Shown here: positions 24,849-38,742 of the stretch, one piece after another
Position numbering within the stretch: the stretch's first letter is position 1
Layout: the number at the start of each line of letters is the position of its first letter
NCBI RefSeq assembly: GCF_001194135.2
Contig: NC_068982.1
Location: forward strand, 49,585,990 to 49,649,989
Direction of reading: 5' to 3'
DNA length: 64,000 nt
DNA from: Octopus bimaculoides
Lineage: Eukaryota
The notes under the pieces: model-generated
What the model was told of the DNA's origin: nothing
The model's input: only the letters and a program-made list of their open reading frames with translations
The model's database searches: none
Made by a program: the position numbers and the translations under genes

Positions 24849-26800
24849 CTCTAAATGAAATGACTTTACTTGATGAAAACAGCCTGTGCTCCAACATGAC
24901 ATGGTTTATAAGTCTTGTCCTTGGTTCACTTGACAGTTCATTAATTGGTTTGGTCCAGAGATATAGTCTTTGTATCTCTACCTTTTCTACAGCTACTCCA
25001 GTCACCTTTGTTATTCTGGGTTGACCAGTCTTGTATCATCTCTATGCAAGTACCCCCCACATTGTGCCTCCTGTCCAATCCTGCACTAATCCCCACACCT
25101 AGTGACAGTTCACTAACTGGCTTGACCCACGGATATAGTCTTTTTATCTCTATCTTTCCAACTACTGCTCTGTCCTACTGGTGTTCAGTAGGACAGAAGT
25201 GAGAACCACATGCAAGCAATAAGAAGTTTTTGATAACACAGCAGTACTTTTAGGTGTTCAAAATCCTATTATTAGGAATAGCATTTTTGTCTACAGCCAA
25301 AAGTTTAAAATTAGGAAAAAAGCTTTCTCAAACTTAGATCTCTGAAAATGTGAATGCGATGTAATTTCCTCATACATATATATTTCCTCATAGGCACAGC
25401 AGTGGCTGTGTGGTAAGTAGTTTGCTTACCAGCCACATGGTTCTGGGTTCAGTCCCACTGCATGGCACCTTGGGCAAGTATCTTCTGCTATAGCCTCGGG
25501 CTGACCAAAGCCTTGTGAGTGGATTTGGTAGATAGATACTGAAAGAAGCCAGTCATGTGTGTGTGTGTGTGTGTGCATGTTTGTCCCCACTGTTATCACT
25601 TGACACCCGATGTTGGTGTATTTACGTCCCTGTAACCTAGCAGTTCGGCAAAAGAAACCGATAGAATAAATACTAGGCTTACAAAGAATAAGTCCTGGGG
25701 TTGATTTGTTGAACTAAAAAAGTGGTGCTCCAGCATGGCCACAGTCAGATGACTGAAACTGATAAAAGAATAAAAGCATATAAGGCTCTAGGCGTTTGAT
25801 AGCTGGCAGTAAGTTCTGGTAGTAGAGTGTTTGGTGCTTGTTTATAATAACTACAATTCCTGTATGCTTATTGCTATTAGTTAGAGATCAGGAGTTTGAA
25901 GAATTAAATGTACTAACAAAATATACAATGAATCACTGGCACTAGAAGTGAACAGAAGACGTTCTGTCACTAATTTAATACATAAGCTCAGATGTTTTGC
26001 TGATATGAAGATGAAATAAAGAAAATGCACTTTTATAAATTTTGATAAGCTGTATGCCAACTGAGAAGCCAAACATCATGCATTGATATCATAATAAAAT
26101 TACTTGAAATTGAATCAAATTTAATACTACATATTCTAAATATACTACACCACATATTTTATAAATCTGCCAAGAGGACTACAGGTAAAAATTTTTATAT
26201 AACTTGATGATGTTTGTTCAAATTTTAGGAAATCATATGGCTTTATGTCAACTATTTCTGATATATTGCAAAATGTAACATATGTTTTTATAAGGTTTCT
26301 TTATAGGAAGCAGTTCAATAACAGAATCTATCTTTACATTTGAAATTTTAGAAATTCTAATTCATGTCAATGTTCTGAAGTTACTGATGTAGTGCTAGAA
26401 TGAAAGTAATCCATAACTATAATCAGATTATACTAAATACTTTTAGACATATCAAAATTTGTAATAAGACAAGAGAGAACAAAAGAACACCTTCACTATT
26501 TTTGCTGTGATATGTCAAAGTAGTGGATGCACAAGGTCTAATTGTTTGGTTGTTGGTCTCATGAGTATCACTAATGGTTGTTCAGGCCTGTGCTTACTTT
26601 TGAGTCCCAGGACATGTATGCATTGCATTCCCATTACAGGCTAATGAGACCTGCTACTGGCTGGCAAACCACTCCAATATCTGACAAGAAAACATTATGA
26701 GAAAGCCAGAACAATGTAACACTATGGTTTCTTCTAATGGGAGAATGTGTTGCAAAAGTGTCCAATACATGACAACAACCAGCATTGGGTGAAGATTGCA

Positions 26801-27590
26801 TTATCATCATCATCATCATGGCTTAATGTCTGCTTTCTATGCTGGCGTGGGTTGGACGGTTTGACATGGAGTTGGCTAGAAGGGAGCTGTCTGGACTCCA
26901 ATTGTCTGTTGTGGCATGTTTCTATAGCAGGATGCCCTTCCTAATGTCAATGACTTAACAGAGTGTGCTTTGTACATGTCACTGGAACAGGTGCATTTAT
27001 GCAGCAGCAGCATGGGTGCTTTTTATGTGATACCAGCACCTGAAAAGACAAGCCTGTATGGAAGACAGTTATTTTACTTAGCTTGATGCATCTTATCAAG
27101 TACAGCAAATAGCCACATCTCCTGGTCCCCTGTCATTTCCTTAGTGAGGCCCAGCATCTCAAGATCCTTTTGCATGACTCCATCCCACATCTGAGTTCTG
27201 CGCCTTCCACAGGTACCCTCCACAATTAGAGTTTGGCACTTCATTATGCAGCTGTCCTCATCCATATGCATCACATGACCAAATAGAATGTGCTGGGTGC
27301 TTTGTACATGCTACTGCAATGAGTGCATTTACACAGCACCAGCACGGATGCTTTTTGTGTGGCACTGGCATCTTGGCATCTGAAAAGACAAGCCTGTGTG
27401 TGTGGAAGACAATGGTTTTACTTAGCTTGACACATTTGATCAAATACAGCAAATCGCCACATCTACCAGACCCTTGCCATTTCCTCAGTAAGGCCCAGCA
27501 TTCAAAGATCCTTTCTCACCACTTCGTCCCATGTCTTCTTGGGTCTATCACTTCCACAGGTACCCTCCACAATTAAAGCTTAGCACTTCT
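26801..27590 (-). mobile_element. RTE-clade LINE 3' end with tandem duplicated ORF terminus
   Basis: Minus ORF MDEDSCIMKCQTLIVEGTCGRRRTQMWDGVMQKDLEMLGLTKEMTGDQEMWLFAVLDKMHQAK* (GRGRPRKTW-type RTE end), repeated at 27420-27590. The 3' UTR ends in (GAT)n at about 26803. Confidence 0.8.
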
Positions 27591-28638
27591 TTATTCTCCT
27601 CTTCTTAAGGAAAGTGTAATGATGGTTGCTTCTGATAGAACCCTATGGTGCTGCATAGGACCCTATGGTGCCAATGCTGCATAAATGCACTTATGCTAGT
27701 GCTGTTTAAATATACCTCTGTTTTGGTGGCACATACAAAGCACCCAACACACTCTGCTAAGTGGTTGACATTGGGAAGGGCATCTAGCCACAACAGATAT
27801 AGGGCTGCTATCAGAAGCAATCGTCACTACACAAGATCCTCCCAGTAATACTGGGTGGAGAAAATGAATGAGTGGATGGATGGGATGGTTCATGATGATA
27901 AGGTCTGAGCAGAGTGATCTGCTTGTGAGGAAGGCACTTTTCATTTATTGTTCCAGTCTACTAAGCTGGAAATAAGCACCACCAGCAGTGATGGACTGGG
28001 AAAGCTTTCAAAGATAGGAGCAACAACAGCCCAATGTTTCATTTTAGCTATACAAATGGCTATCATGATAAATCGGAGTTGCACATGGCCTTCAACCAAA
28101 CACACACACAGTCTATATGGATACAAAAATTATATGTTATTGAAATGAAACCAGATTGACCAACCCTAGAGCTGAGCATTGGTTGGAGTTAATTTATGAT
28201 AAAAAGCCTTCAAGTGATACAAGCAGACAACATAGCTATAAGGTCATTATACATCATGCACAAAATTCTTACAGATAGGTGTGGGCATGGCCGCGTGGTA
28301 AGAAGTTTGCTTCCCAACCACATGGTTCCGGGTTCAGTCCCACTGCATCGCACCTCAGGCAAGTGTCTTCTTCTATAGCCTTGGTGTATAGAACTATAAC
28401 CTCGGGCTATTTGAAGGGAATAGTAGTTATTTCCTTAGATTTCTAAATAGAAGCAAATAGGAAATAACACTTACTGACCAAAGACAGAAAAAATATCTTA
28501 AAAAATTTGTTTCATAGTTTAAAGTTGTCCTTTGTATAACCCTTCAAAGACAGGATGGACAATGTGTTTGATCATGGGTTTTCTTAATTCAGGATTGGTC
28601 TGGGGAACAGCACCACTGAAATATGAGAAATTACTCAC

Positions 28639-28781
28639 CACTGATGGTAAGACAGGAGCCAGCCACATGTGGGCACCATCTTTGGTATCATTCTCACCGT
28701 CAACAAGTTTGTCTGGAGTTCGAATATCTGACTGTACATTCGGAGTCAGTACATTCACACTGTCAGGATAAGCTGCCACGT
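28639..28781 (-). CDS. KATNIP: KATNIP coding exon, 143 nt, phase 1/0
   Basis: tcttatctttcag| exon |gtgagt. Translates (H)VAAYPDSVNVLTPNVQSDIRTPDKLVDGENDTKDGAHMWLAPVLPSV, matching recalled human AFPDSVN...DVRTPDKLIDQVNDTSDGRHMWLAPILPG. Confidence 0.95.
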
Positions 28782-29163
28782 CTGAAAGATAAGATTAATG
28801 TTAGAATGTTCAAAATGAATGAATAAACAAACAAACAAATAAATAAATAGATAACTGAATGAATAAATAAATAAATAATTAATGAAATGAAATAAAAAAA
28901 ACAATGAAACAACATGATTATGATTAAATACAAAATGTATGGAATAGTGAGGACAGATTTTCTAGTTTGGTACTTATGGAAATTTTGTCAATAAATTGAG
29001 AGTAGGTATATTGATCCCCTCCTACCACCACCACCATCATCCCACCTCAATCACCTTAGCTGTCCCCATCCAAAACAGACATTTTTAATCAGGAAGACTT
29101 GTATCAGTTGTAAATGAATAAAGAAGAATAAATAAATTTAAAAATATATAAATAAAGGAACTA

Positions 29164-29210
<47 letters not shown>

Positions 29211-30643
29211 GGTATTGATGATTTTGGTTGAAGTGGTAAAGAAGGACAAGGCAGAAGAATGGAAGTGGCTGTGTATAGCACTTTGATAACGAAGAATTTT
29301 AGAAAGTGATGGAAATGCCGGTAACAGTTTTGATTGTAATAATCATAGGGAACTGGATGGTAAAATGATGATGGCAATGGTGATGATGATGCTGATGGTG
29401 AGGACAACAATGCTAGTGATGATGACAATGACAACAATGATGTTGATGATAGGGGTGATGGTGGTGCTTTCATAAACGGAGAGCAATTATATCTATTTAG
29501 TTATTTATTCATGGTGATATCATCGATAACAATGGTTAAAAACTTCATAACATCTCTTGCCGGTAAAAGGTGATAATTACAGTCAATGGTTAAAAGGATT
29601 ATTTTTCCTTTTGAAATATGTGGAATATTAGAGTTGAAATAACTATTTTCTCAACCTAATAACCAAACGAAACACAATTTTATTCGTTTTTTATTTGTTT
29701 TTTTTTTCCGCCTCTTCTCATCGGCAAAGTGAATAAACCTAAAAGAATGGGTAGTGAGTGATAATGGAATGAAAAGTTCTGATTATATGAAATAAATTAT
29801 ATTGAGAAAATATGGTTAGAACAAAGTGGACAGACATTTACTAATGTAGCCATAAACAAAGACACTACACAACGGATCAAAAACAGCAAAGGCTATATTG
29901 TTAAACCGATTCTATCATTATGTTTGTGGTAGTTTCGTAATTAAATTACTCCGCAGGAGTTCTGAGATCATTATATGGTTCTTTATAATATTCGTAGAAA
30001 CATTTAACAATAAATTGACACAGACTGCTAATAATTATTATATTTATTATTATTTTTATGATTTTTTTTTTTTTTTAACAGCAAGAGAATAGCAGAGTAA
30101 AAGATAAATAAAAATTCAGAAAACAAGTAATAATAACATTTCATATGTCCGCAACTTAATAAAATCAATGCTTTGGCAAATTTTGTTTCCCTTGATAACA
30201 TACACACTAAATAGTCAGCAATATAAATAGATTACTTTCTGGCAATGAAGAATACTTAGACCGTAATTCTGAGATTACTGAAATAGATTTGAAGATTTGG
30301 TCTTGTTGATAACGCTTTAAGACCCCAGAACCAAGAAAAATTGTTTCAATGACAATTCACAATTGCGATTAGTTTTTAATTTATGTGTCTGTATCATTCA
30401 TTTGAAATCAGATGAAGAATTAATTTCAACAAATTACTTTCAGAAGAGGAATTAATTTCCAACTCTCTTGGCATGAAGGTCTTTAACTTCTAATATTGAA
30501 CATTAATATCATAAAATTATCTGAAGTTGACTTTTTATTTGATGTTAGGTCTTGTGCAATAATGTTTGGTACAAGAGAACAGAATAAAGCTCACTTGGAT
30601 TGGACTTTAATATCTATACTTCAGTTTAAAGCTCTGTCAGTGA

Positions 30644-30656
30644 GATGATGATGATA

Positions 30657-30706
<50 letters not shown>

Positions 30707-30733
30707 AATGATGATGATGATGATGATGATGAT
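30644..30733. repeat. (GAT)n microsatellite; a second GAT-rich tract lies at about 29165-29460
   Basis: About 30 GAT units with occasional AAT variants. Confidence 0.95.
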
Positions 30734-31767
30734 TAGGGATTTAAAAAAAAATTAATGTGCAAGTTATTTGGCAACAGCACTAGCGCTGGTGGTATAAAAA
30801 TGATGCACCCAGTACACACTGTAAAGTGGTTGGTATTAGGACGGGAATCCGGCCATAGAAACCAGGCTGACACAGTACATGATGCAACCCTGTGACTCAC
30901 CAGATCCTGTCAACCTGTCCAACCCAGGTCAGCATCAAAAATGTATGTTAAATGATAACGATAATGATGATGATTAGAATGATGATGGTGACAATGACAA
31001 CTAAGTGTAGCATCCCTGAACAATGCAGGTGTTCTCGAAATTGGTGAGACTGGTGCAGCTGATGATACCTAGCCTGAATGGCTGCAGGTCAAAGCTTGCA
31101 GGAAATCCATTTTTACATATGAATATTGCTCTGGGGAGGTAAACTAAAACATTCTTTATTAGCACACGCACACACAGTGCATACAAATGAATCTAGATCT
31201 GCCAAGTTTGATTATGTGACTGATACAATTTAGTTCAGACTCCTGATATTATATACAATTCAATTATGGCAATTCCAGTAAAATTGTTGCAAATTCAATG
31301 ATAATTACTTTCTCTGTGATGATAGTAATTGGAATGACAAGCCAAACAGGTGACATTATGATGGATATGGTATGATTTTAATACTTCTACATCAGTTTAA
31401 AGCTCTTCGTGTGAACTATAGTGAATAGGCACAGAAAAATCTGTCTTCAGATTTTAATAAACAGCTGGAAGCATGGTTCTCATCCATGTGCTCTTAGATA
31501 CATTCCTTTTGCATGGCACCTTGGGGAAAATGCCTTCTACTCTAGCCCTAAGGTGACCAGGTCAATGAAAACTGTAAGAAACCCTCCATGTGTATATATA
31601 TATTCTTTTACTTTTACCTGTTTCGGTCATTAGGCTATGACCATGCCGGGGCACTCCTTGAATTTTTAGGTGATTGAATCAATCTCAGTACTTATTTTTT
31701 ATTCTATTGGTCACTAAGTGACAGGGATGTAACTTAGTTGTCAAGCGGTGATGGGGGACGAACACAG

Positions 31768-31837
<70 letters not shown>

Positions 31838-32526
31838 GACAAACTTCTTTCAGTTTACATCTACCAAATCCACTCACAAGGCTTTGGTCAGCCCAAGGTT
31901 AAAGTAGAAGGCACTTGCCCAAGGTGTCATGCAGTGGGACTGAACCTGGAACCATGTGGTTGGGAAGCAAGCTTCTTACCACACAGCTACTCCTATACTT
32001 ATACATACACACACAATTCAATTATGGTAATTCCAATAAATTGTTTCAAATTCAATGATAATTACTTTCTCTGTGTGAGCACGTGTGGCAAACCACGTAT
32101 GTGCATATGCTTATATCCTTGTGTAAGTTTGTACGAGTGGATGTACATGCACCATACAACATAAGTGAGAGCATTTATACATCCATATTTGCTAAAGGTT
32201 GTATTTAGTTTTTTTTTTTCTTGCTACACTGTGTATTTGTTTCTTTTCACATCTGGTTTTTCTTTATCTTCTATAATAATGAAGCTGTCCCCCATAATTT
32301 GCTGCTTTTGTACACACATATTGAAAAGAAAACTTGCAGAACAGATGTTATTTTAATGAGATACATTTTGTAATCACCTGAAGGGACACATCTAAACTAA
32401 CAGATACTCCTAAACCAGTTGTTCAATATCCCACCCATGAGAGATCGATGCTAGATGGGTCAAAACAATTGTGGTGATCAATACATTCTCTCATATCTTT
32501 TATCTTCTCCCTCTCTAATTTATGTA

Positions 32527-32588
<62 letters not shown>

Positions 32589-35039
32589 TGCAAGGGTTGG
32601 TGTGTGGCAAGAAGCTTGCTTCCCAACCACATGGTTCTGGGTCCAGTCCCACTGCGTGGCACCTTGGGCAAATGTCTTCTATTATAGCCTCCAGCCAACC
32701 AAAGCCTTGCGAGTGGATCTGATAGATGGAAATTGAAAGAAGCCTGTCATATATATATCTATGTGTGCGTGTGTCTGTGTTTCTCCCTTCGCCCCATCAC
32801 CACATGACAACCACTGTTGGTGTGTTTATGTCCTCATAACTTAGAGGTTCAGCAAAAGAGACCGATAAAATAAGTACCAGGCTTAAAAAATAAGTACTGG
32901 GATCAATTCATATATGTATATATATATATATAGGTATGGTGATGCAAACAGGAAAAATAGAACTCAAAATATGAGTAAATGTCAACTTTTATTAATATTA
33001 AGTAGAAACAACACAGTGACTCTATCAAACTAGTTTTGATAAGCGCCAACGTATGAAACTGTCAGACCTTGAGTCACTCTGTTACTTCTGCTATATATAT
33101 ATATATACACACACACACATACACACACGCATACATATAAATGCATACACCCAAACACAAATATATATATCATAAATCAATATCATGTAGAACAAATGAT
33201 CAATATTCTTTTTAGCATTGCCTGATCCAGAGATCACATGCTGAAGATGGAAAAAAAAATTGAAAAGAAAATTTCCTTGCAGCATGATTTACAGTAATAT
33301 CATATGAACAAAAGCAAAAATATATGTGTGTGTGTGTGTTCTGATTTATGATGCTATGCATTTGGGAACTTAAAAATATTGCAACTAAGACACAAAATAA
33401 TATTAACAGGATGTAGCTTTGATCTTGTAAAATACTTAGAAAGAACTGACTGAGTGAATTAGTTGATGGTGAGAATGGATGGTTAGGTGAATATGATAGT
33501 GGATAACATACTTAGTTGTTTATGACAGGTACTGCCAATCCAATTGTTCCTAACAAAAGAGAGACTGGAGCTACTGGGGTAGAGGCCACATTCAGAAGAG
33601 GTGGCTTTTTCCTTTTTCCAGTTCTTTTCTTGTCTTGGTGACCTCAGTAGTGGTGGTGGCACAAAGAAAGCATCCAGTACACTTTGTAAAGTAGGTGTCA
33701 TTAGGAAGGGCATCTAGCCATAGAAACCACACCAAAACTGACACTAGAGGCTGATGCAGCCCTGTAGCTCACCACATCTTCTCAAACCTTCCAACCCATG
33801 CCAGCATGGAAAATGGATTTTAGATGACAATGATGATGATGTGGCCACTCAACCTTGTTTCAATAATAATACAGGTGTTTGTAGCTAAAACTGTAATTAT
33901 TGGCCACTATAAAACCTTTTCACAATGTAGAATCCCCTGGAAATAGTTATTATTCTGCATGTAAACATTAAGAACTTTCTATTCTTTTGATTCCTAATCT
34001 GCTAATGTTCTATAAAGAAATGAAAAAACCAACAAACACATTCCTTGGATTTACACTAGACTGTAATTACTTCCATAATTAATGAAGTGTCTCGCTTTAT
34101 AAAATGTATAATTAACAAGTCACAGGTTATGCTATGCTGATAATTTCTAAAAAGAATAAAATGATGCTATACAAGATTTATCAGATACTAGAAATTTTTT
34201 TAAACTTTGTAATAAGTAAACAGAAAAAACTAAAAGAAAAATAGATATGTGACTTCTATGCATCTTTTTTTCTTATAATTCTTTAATAACAGTGTAGTAG
34301 TTTACATTCTCAGTTCAAATTTGTTATAGCAGAGACTGCCAGAGGAACCATGTGTGTTTAAATATCCTTTAAAATCTTTTTTTCTTTTTTCTTTTTAAAG
34401 AAAGGACACACTGGATGGTGTAGCTGTGGCTAGATTATGCTTAAAAACACAATAAAGCAGTCACTACTAGAATACTTTTGACTTTAGGCCTACTGCTCAC
34501 CTAAAGCTAAACAACAACTCATTTGATTCTCAACAACCCCCACCCATACCCACTTGACTCTCAAAAACTTCAGTTAGTACACCTAAATGGAAATGGATAC
34601 TGCAAAGCAAGAAAACTAACTGTGAATATCTGTGCAGGCACTGTAAATTTGACAAGTGTCTTTTCAGCTTGCAGTATTGAGGTAACATATGCATGTAAGT
34701 ATACACTGGAGATGGACAGTTTCTGCCAAGAAGTCAGGATATCATGTTGTGCATCTAAACAAGTCAGGTGAATCTGATTCAATTAGATGTGCTACATGAA
34801 AATGAAATCTTCAGTAGGTAGAGACCCAAGGATGCAATGGGTCACATAACTTACCATTTACCAGTCACTGAATTGGATTAAGGGTCAGTATTTCAACAAC
34901 AGTATTACAATTATGGTAATAATTTTGGTGGGTGGATTTGTTTCTCACCTACTTTACATGCTACCGTGAAAATATAGTATCTCATAATACAACTGAAAAT
35001 GCTGAGCACTATAAATCCCCACCACCACCACTACTACTA

Positions 35040-35830
35040 CCAAGGTGAAAAACTAGCAAAAGTGTTATGGCATCAGACAGCAGTATTTTGTCTTTCTTTA
35101 CATTATCAATTCAAATTCCACCAAAGTTGATTTTGTTTTTTGGGGTTAAAAAGTAAGTGAGAGTTGACTACTATTCTCCTCCCCACCAAATTTTGGTCCT
35201 TGAGCCTATAATTGAAATGAAAGGAGTATCATTATTACCATTATTATTATTAAGAAAAGCAGCAAGCTGACAGAATCATTAGCATGTCAGGCAAAATACT
35301 TAGCACCATTTCAACCATCCTTACATTCCAAGTTCAAATTATGCTGAAGCCGATTTTGCCTTTCGACTTTTCAGGGTCAATGAAATAAGTACCAGTTATA
35401 GACTGGGGTCTATGTAATTGACTAGTTCACTCCCTTGAAGTTTCAGGCAAAAGGCTTAGTGTACTTTGCCTGTCTTTACGTTCTGAGTTCAAATTCAACT
35501 GAGGTCAACTTCACCTTTCCTCCTTTCAGGGTTAATAAAATAAGTTTTGATGTCAATGTAATTGACTATCTTCCTCCCACCAAAATTTTGGGCCATGTAC
35601 CTATAGTAGCATTATTATTATCATTATCATTAGGTGGCGAGCTGGCAGAATCATAAGCACACTGGGAGAAATCCTGTCACTGTGTTCTGAGTTCAAATTC
35701 TGCCGAGGTTGACTTTGCCTTTCATCCTTTCAGGGTTGATGAAATAAATACCAGTCGAGTGCTGGTGTCAATGTAATCGGCTAGTCCCCTCCTTCAAATT
35801 TCAGGCTTTGTGCTTATAGGAGAAAGGATT
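35040..35830 (+). mobile_element. Four head-to-tail SINE family B (MetaSINE-like core) copies
   Basis: Repeated ggcgagctggcagaatc...ttctgagttcaaattc...gactttgcctttcatcctttc.gggt.gataaaataagtaccag...(att)n units. The core resembles the Meta/Sauria SINE central domain (recalled). Confidence 0.75.
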
Positions 35831-36417
35831 ATTATTATTATTATTCATAAAAAACATCAGGGAATATTTATGGCTATCAGTTGATGGTCAATTGAAAATC
35901 AAACCACATTCATAGAAGACTCTCCATGTTTATAAAATCTTTAGAAACACTATAATTTCATATCAGACATTTAGTAAATAAGATAATTTTGCATACAAAT
36001 TCTTACTGCTTTTCAGTCAACTAGAAATCATCCACAAAGACAGTAAAACAAACATCACATTTAGAGCCAATTCTGATTTTGAGATTAATCTTAAATAGAA
36101 TTGCTAGATCACAAACATGTCTGGTTTTCTTATGATAATTAATAAATAAAAACTTAAAATACATTTCTCCTCTTGTGTCCTTAACGCTAGCAACCGGGGT
36201 CTGATAAGTCTACAAATTTAGATATCTAGATTTGAATTGTTAAAGCAAGCATTTTACTGTGATATGAAGTTGCTCGTGTTAAACATCATACTATATCAAT
36301 TGTGTTGAGTCCTTGTGTAAATAAATGATTTGTTTAACAACTTGCTTTAATCCCACTTTTCAGTTGAGAAGTTAGCAGTAAGGTGTTATTGTTTAACCTT
36401 GAAACAATCCAGATTAA

Positions 36418-36601
36418 CCTTTTAACATTCAAGTGACCCTGTCAAATATAAAACTTGTTTATCCACATTGTTTTGTATAGGTGTGGTTGTTTATTATTTA
36501 ACATGATATTGTAGAGTAGGCATGAAATATCAGGCATGACCAGTTTGAACATAAAACAAGTATAATATCTGGGATGGATATGACTGGTTTAAGTGCTAGA
36601 G
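36418..36601. mobile_element. piggyBac-type MITE, internally deleted copy
   Basis: TTAA flanks (36414-17, 36602-05). Shares ccacattgttttg and gtttgaacataaaacaag...gggatggatat with the 43.3-kb copy. Confidence 0.6.
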
Positions 36602-38165
36602 TTAAGTAAACTAGGATCAAAAAGCATTCCAGCTGTGACCACCACTGTGCTGAAGTGCCATAATACTCCTCAACGTCAACTGGTGATGGTGTTACATATA
36701 AGTGCCACATAAAAAGCACCCAGTACACTATGTAAAGTGGTTGACATTAGTAAGGGCATCCAACTGTACAAACCAAGTTAAAACAGATTATAGAACTTGG
36801 TGTGGCCCCTGGCCTTGCCAGATCTTGTCAAGCCATCCAGCCCATACCAGAATGGAAAATGAACATTAAATGAGGATGATGAAACCGAAAATACCTACAA
36901 AATCAGAAAACATTACTGGAAAACAAATTAGTAGGAATCAACTAATGCTGCAAGATAAAAATATATATTTAACTTTGCTCTAAAATAATTTTCTGCATAG
37001 AGTAAGATGAACAGTACATTTTTATTAGAAATTAATTTCTGTTTTATGGCTTCCAACATAATTTTTCTCAAACTTAAGCTCTAGATTGTAGCTAATTTTT
37101 ATGACAATTTATTTTTCTGTTCATCACATAGTGAAGAGGGAGAGATATATTCATTATCCTTTTTGAGTACACGTCCCTCCCTTCCACCTACAGTTTGAGG
37201 AAAATATCTTCAAATTATAGACCTGACCCATATGCTTGCAATAAAGTGGATTCTGCTAAAGGTACTCAAAGCTCAGGCAGTGAGATACAATAAAGAAAAA
37301 TGGGACACATCTTCCACCCAAGCAAATCAAGACTATTGGTATGATAGCAACCTGTCCTACCTTGTTAGTTTTACTGTACACACAATATATTTCATTTCTG
37401 ATGCAACTAGAAATTCATAAAAGATGATTTATCAACAAATGTTTATTTTAGTTTGATCAAAAAACACTTTGTCTCCTTCATATTTCTATTCTTCTGAATT
37501 CAACCCCTCCACTTTGTCAGGAAATAAAGTGAAAATTATGTGTAATTCAGTTAGTACTCAGACGCAAATGACCACTCTTACAAATTCTTTTGTTACTACT
37601 TAAGGACGAAATAACAATGAATTTATAGTGATAATGACATTTACACTGTGCAGCGGAAGATATCAAAACTGTAAAAATCCACTAGACTGTCATAAAAGGA
37701 ACCAATCATTTGAATGGAACATTTAACCTCGAGGTTTCAAAATGAAGTAAAACTGTGAAACTGTGATTGGTCATTGTACCAATGACAATACGCATTGCAA
37801 ATAACTAATCAGGTGTGTTAAAGCAATAAATATTGAACAACGGTTCTGTCGAGCTGAGAGTTTGATTTCACTAAACTTTAATTAAGGTATAGTCTAACTC
37901 TACAATAAACAGGATTAAACTGTAATATCTTTCATAGAAAGAGCACATATTCTCTTCATTTGTATAGTAATTGTAGTATCTTATTAGCTTCTAGATTAAA
38001 TTGGGTTGCTCTGAGAACTAATTTATAAAAAAAAGCCTAACCATACACATATATATTTATATGTGTGTATGTGCATGTATATATAAATGCATATATATGT
38101 GTGTGTGTGTGTGTATGTATATCATTCTATCTATCTATCTGTGTCTGGCTCTCTTTCTCTATCTC

Positions 38166-38207
<42 letters not shown>

Positions 38208-38693
38208 NNNNNNNNNNNNNNNNNNNNNNNNNNNNNNNNNNNNNNNNNNNNNNNNNNNNNNNNNNNNNNNNNNNNNNNNNNNNNNNNNNNNNNNNNNNNN
38301 NNNNNNNNNNNNNNNNNNNNNNNNNNNNNNNNNNNNNNNNNNNNNNNNNNNNNNNNNNNNNNNNNNNNNNNNNNNNNNNNNNNNNNNNNNNNNNNNNNNN
38401 NNNNNNNNNNNNNNNNNNNNNNNNNNNNNNNNNNNNNNNNNNNNNNNNNNNNNNNNNNNNNNNNNNNNNNNNNNNNNNNNNNNNNNNNNNNNNNNNNNNN
38501 NNNNNNNNNNNNNNNNNNNNNNNNNNNNNNNNNNNNNNNNNNNNNNNNNNNNNNNNNNNNNNNNNNNNNNNNNNNNNNNNNNNNNNNNNNNNNNNNNNNN
38601 NNNNNNNNNNNNNNNNNNNNNNNNNNNNNNNNNNNNNNNNNNNNNNNNNNNNNNNNNNNNNNNNNNNNNNNNNNNNNNNNNNNNNNNNNNNNN

Positions 38694-38742
<49 letters not shown>

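Noticed and set aside
29138-29473. Ser-rich 111-aa ORF
   Set aside because: Translation of (GAT)n microsatellite sequence.
37702-37790. Three CCAAT boxes and a 7-bp-arm mini-hairpin (gtcattg-tac-caatgac)
   Set aside because: Short motifs expected by chance in AT-rich DNA; no other promoter evidence.
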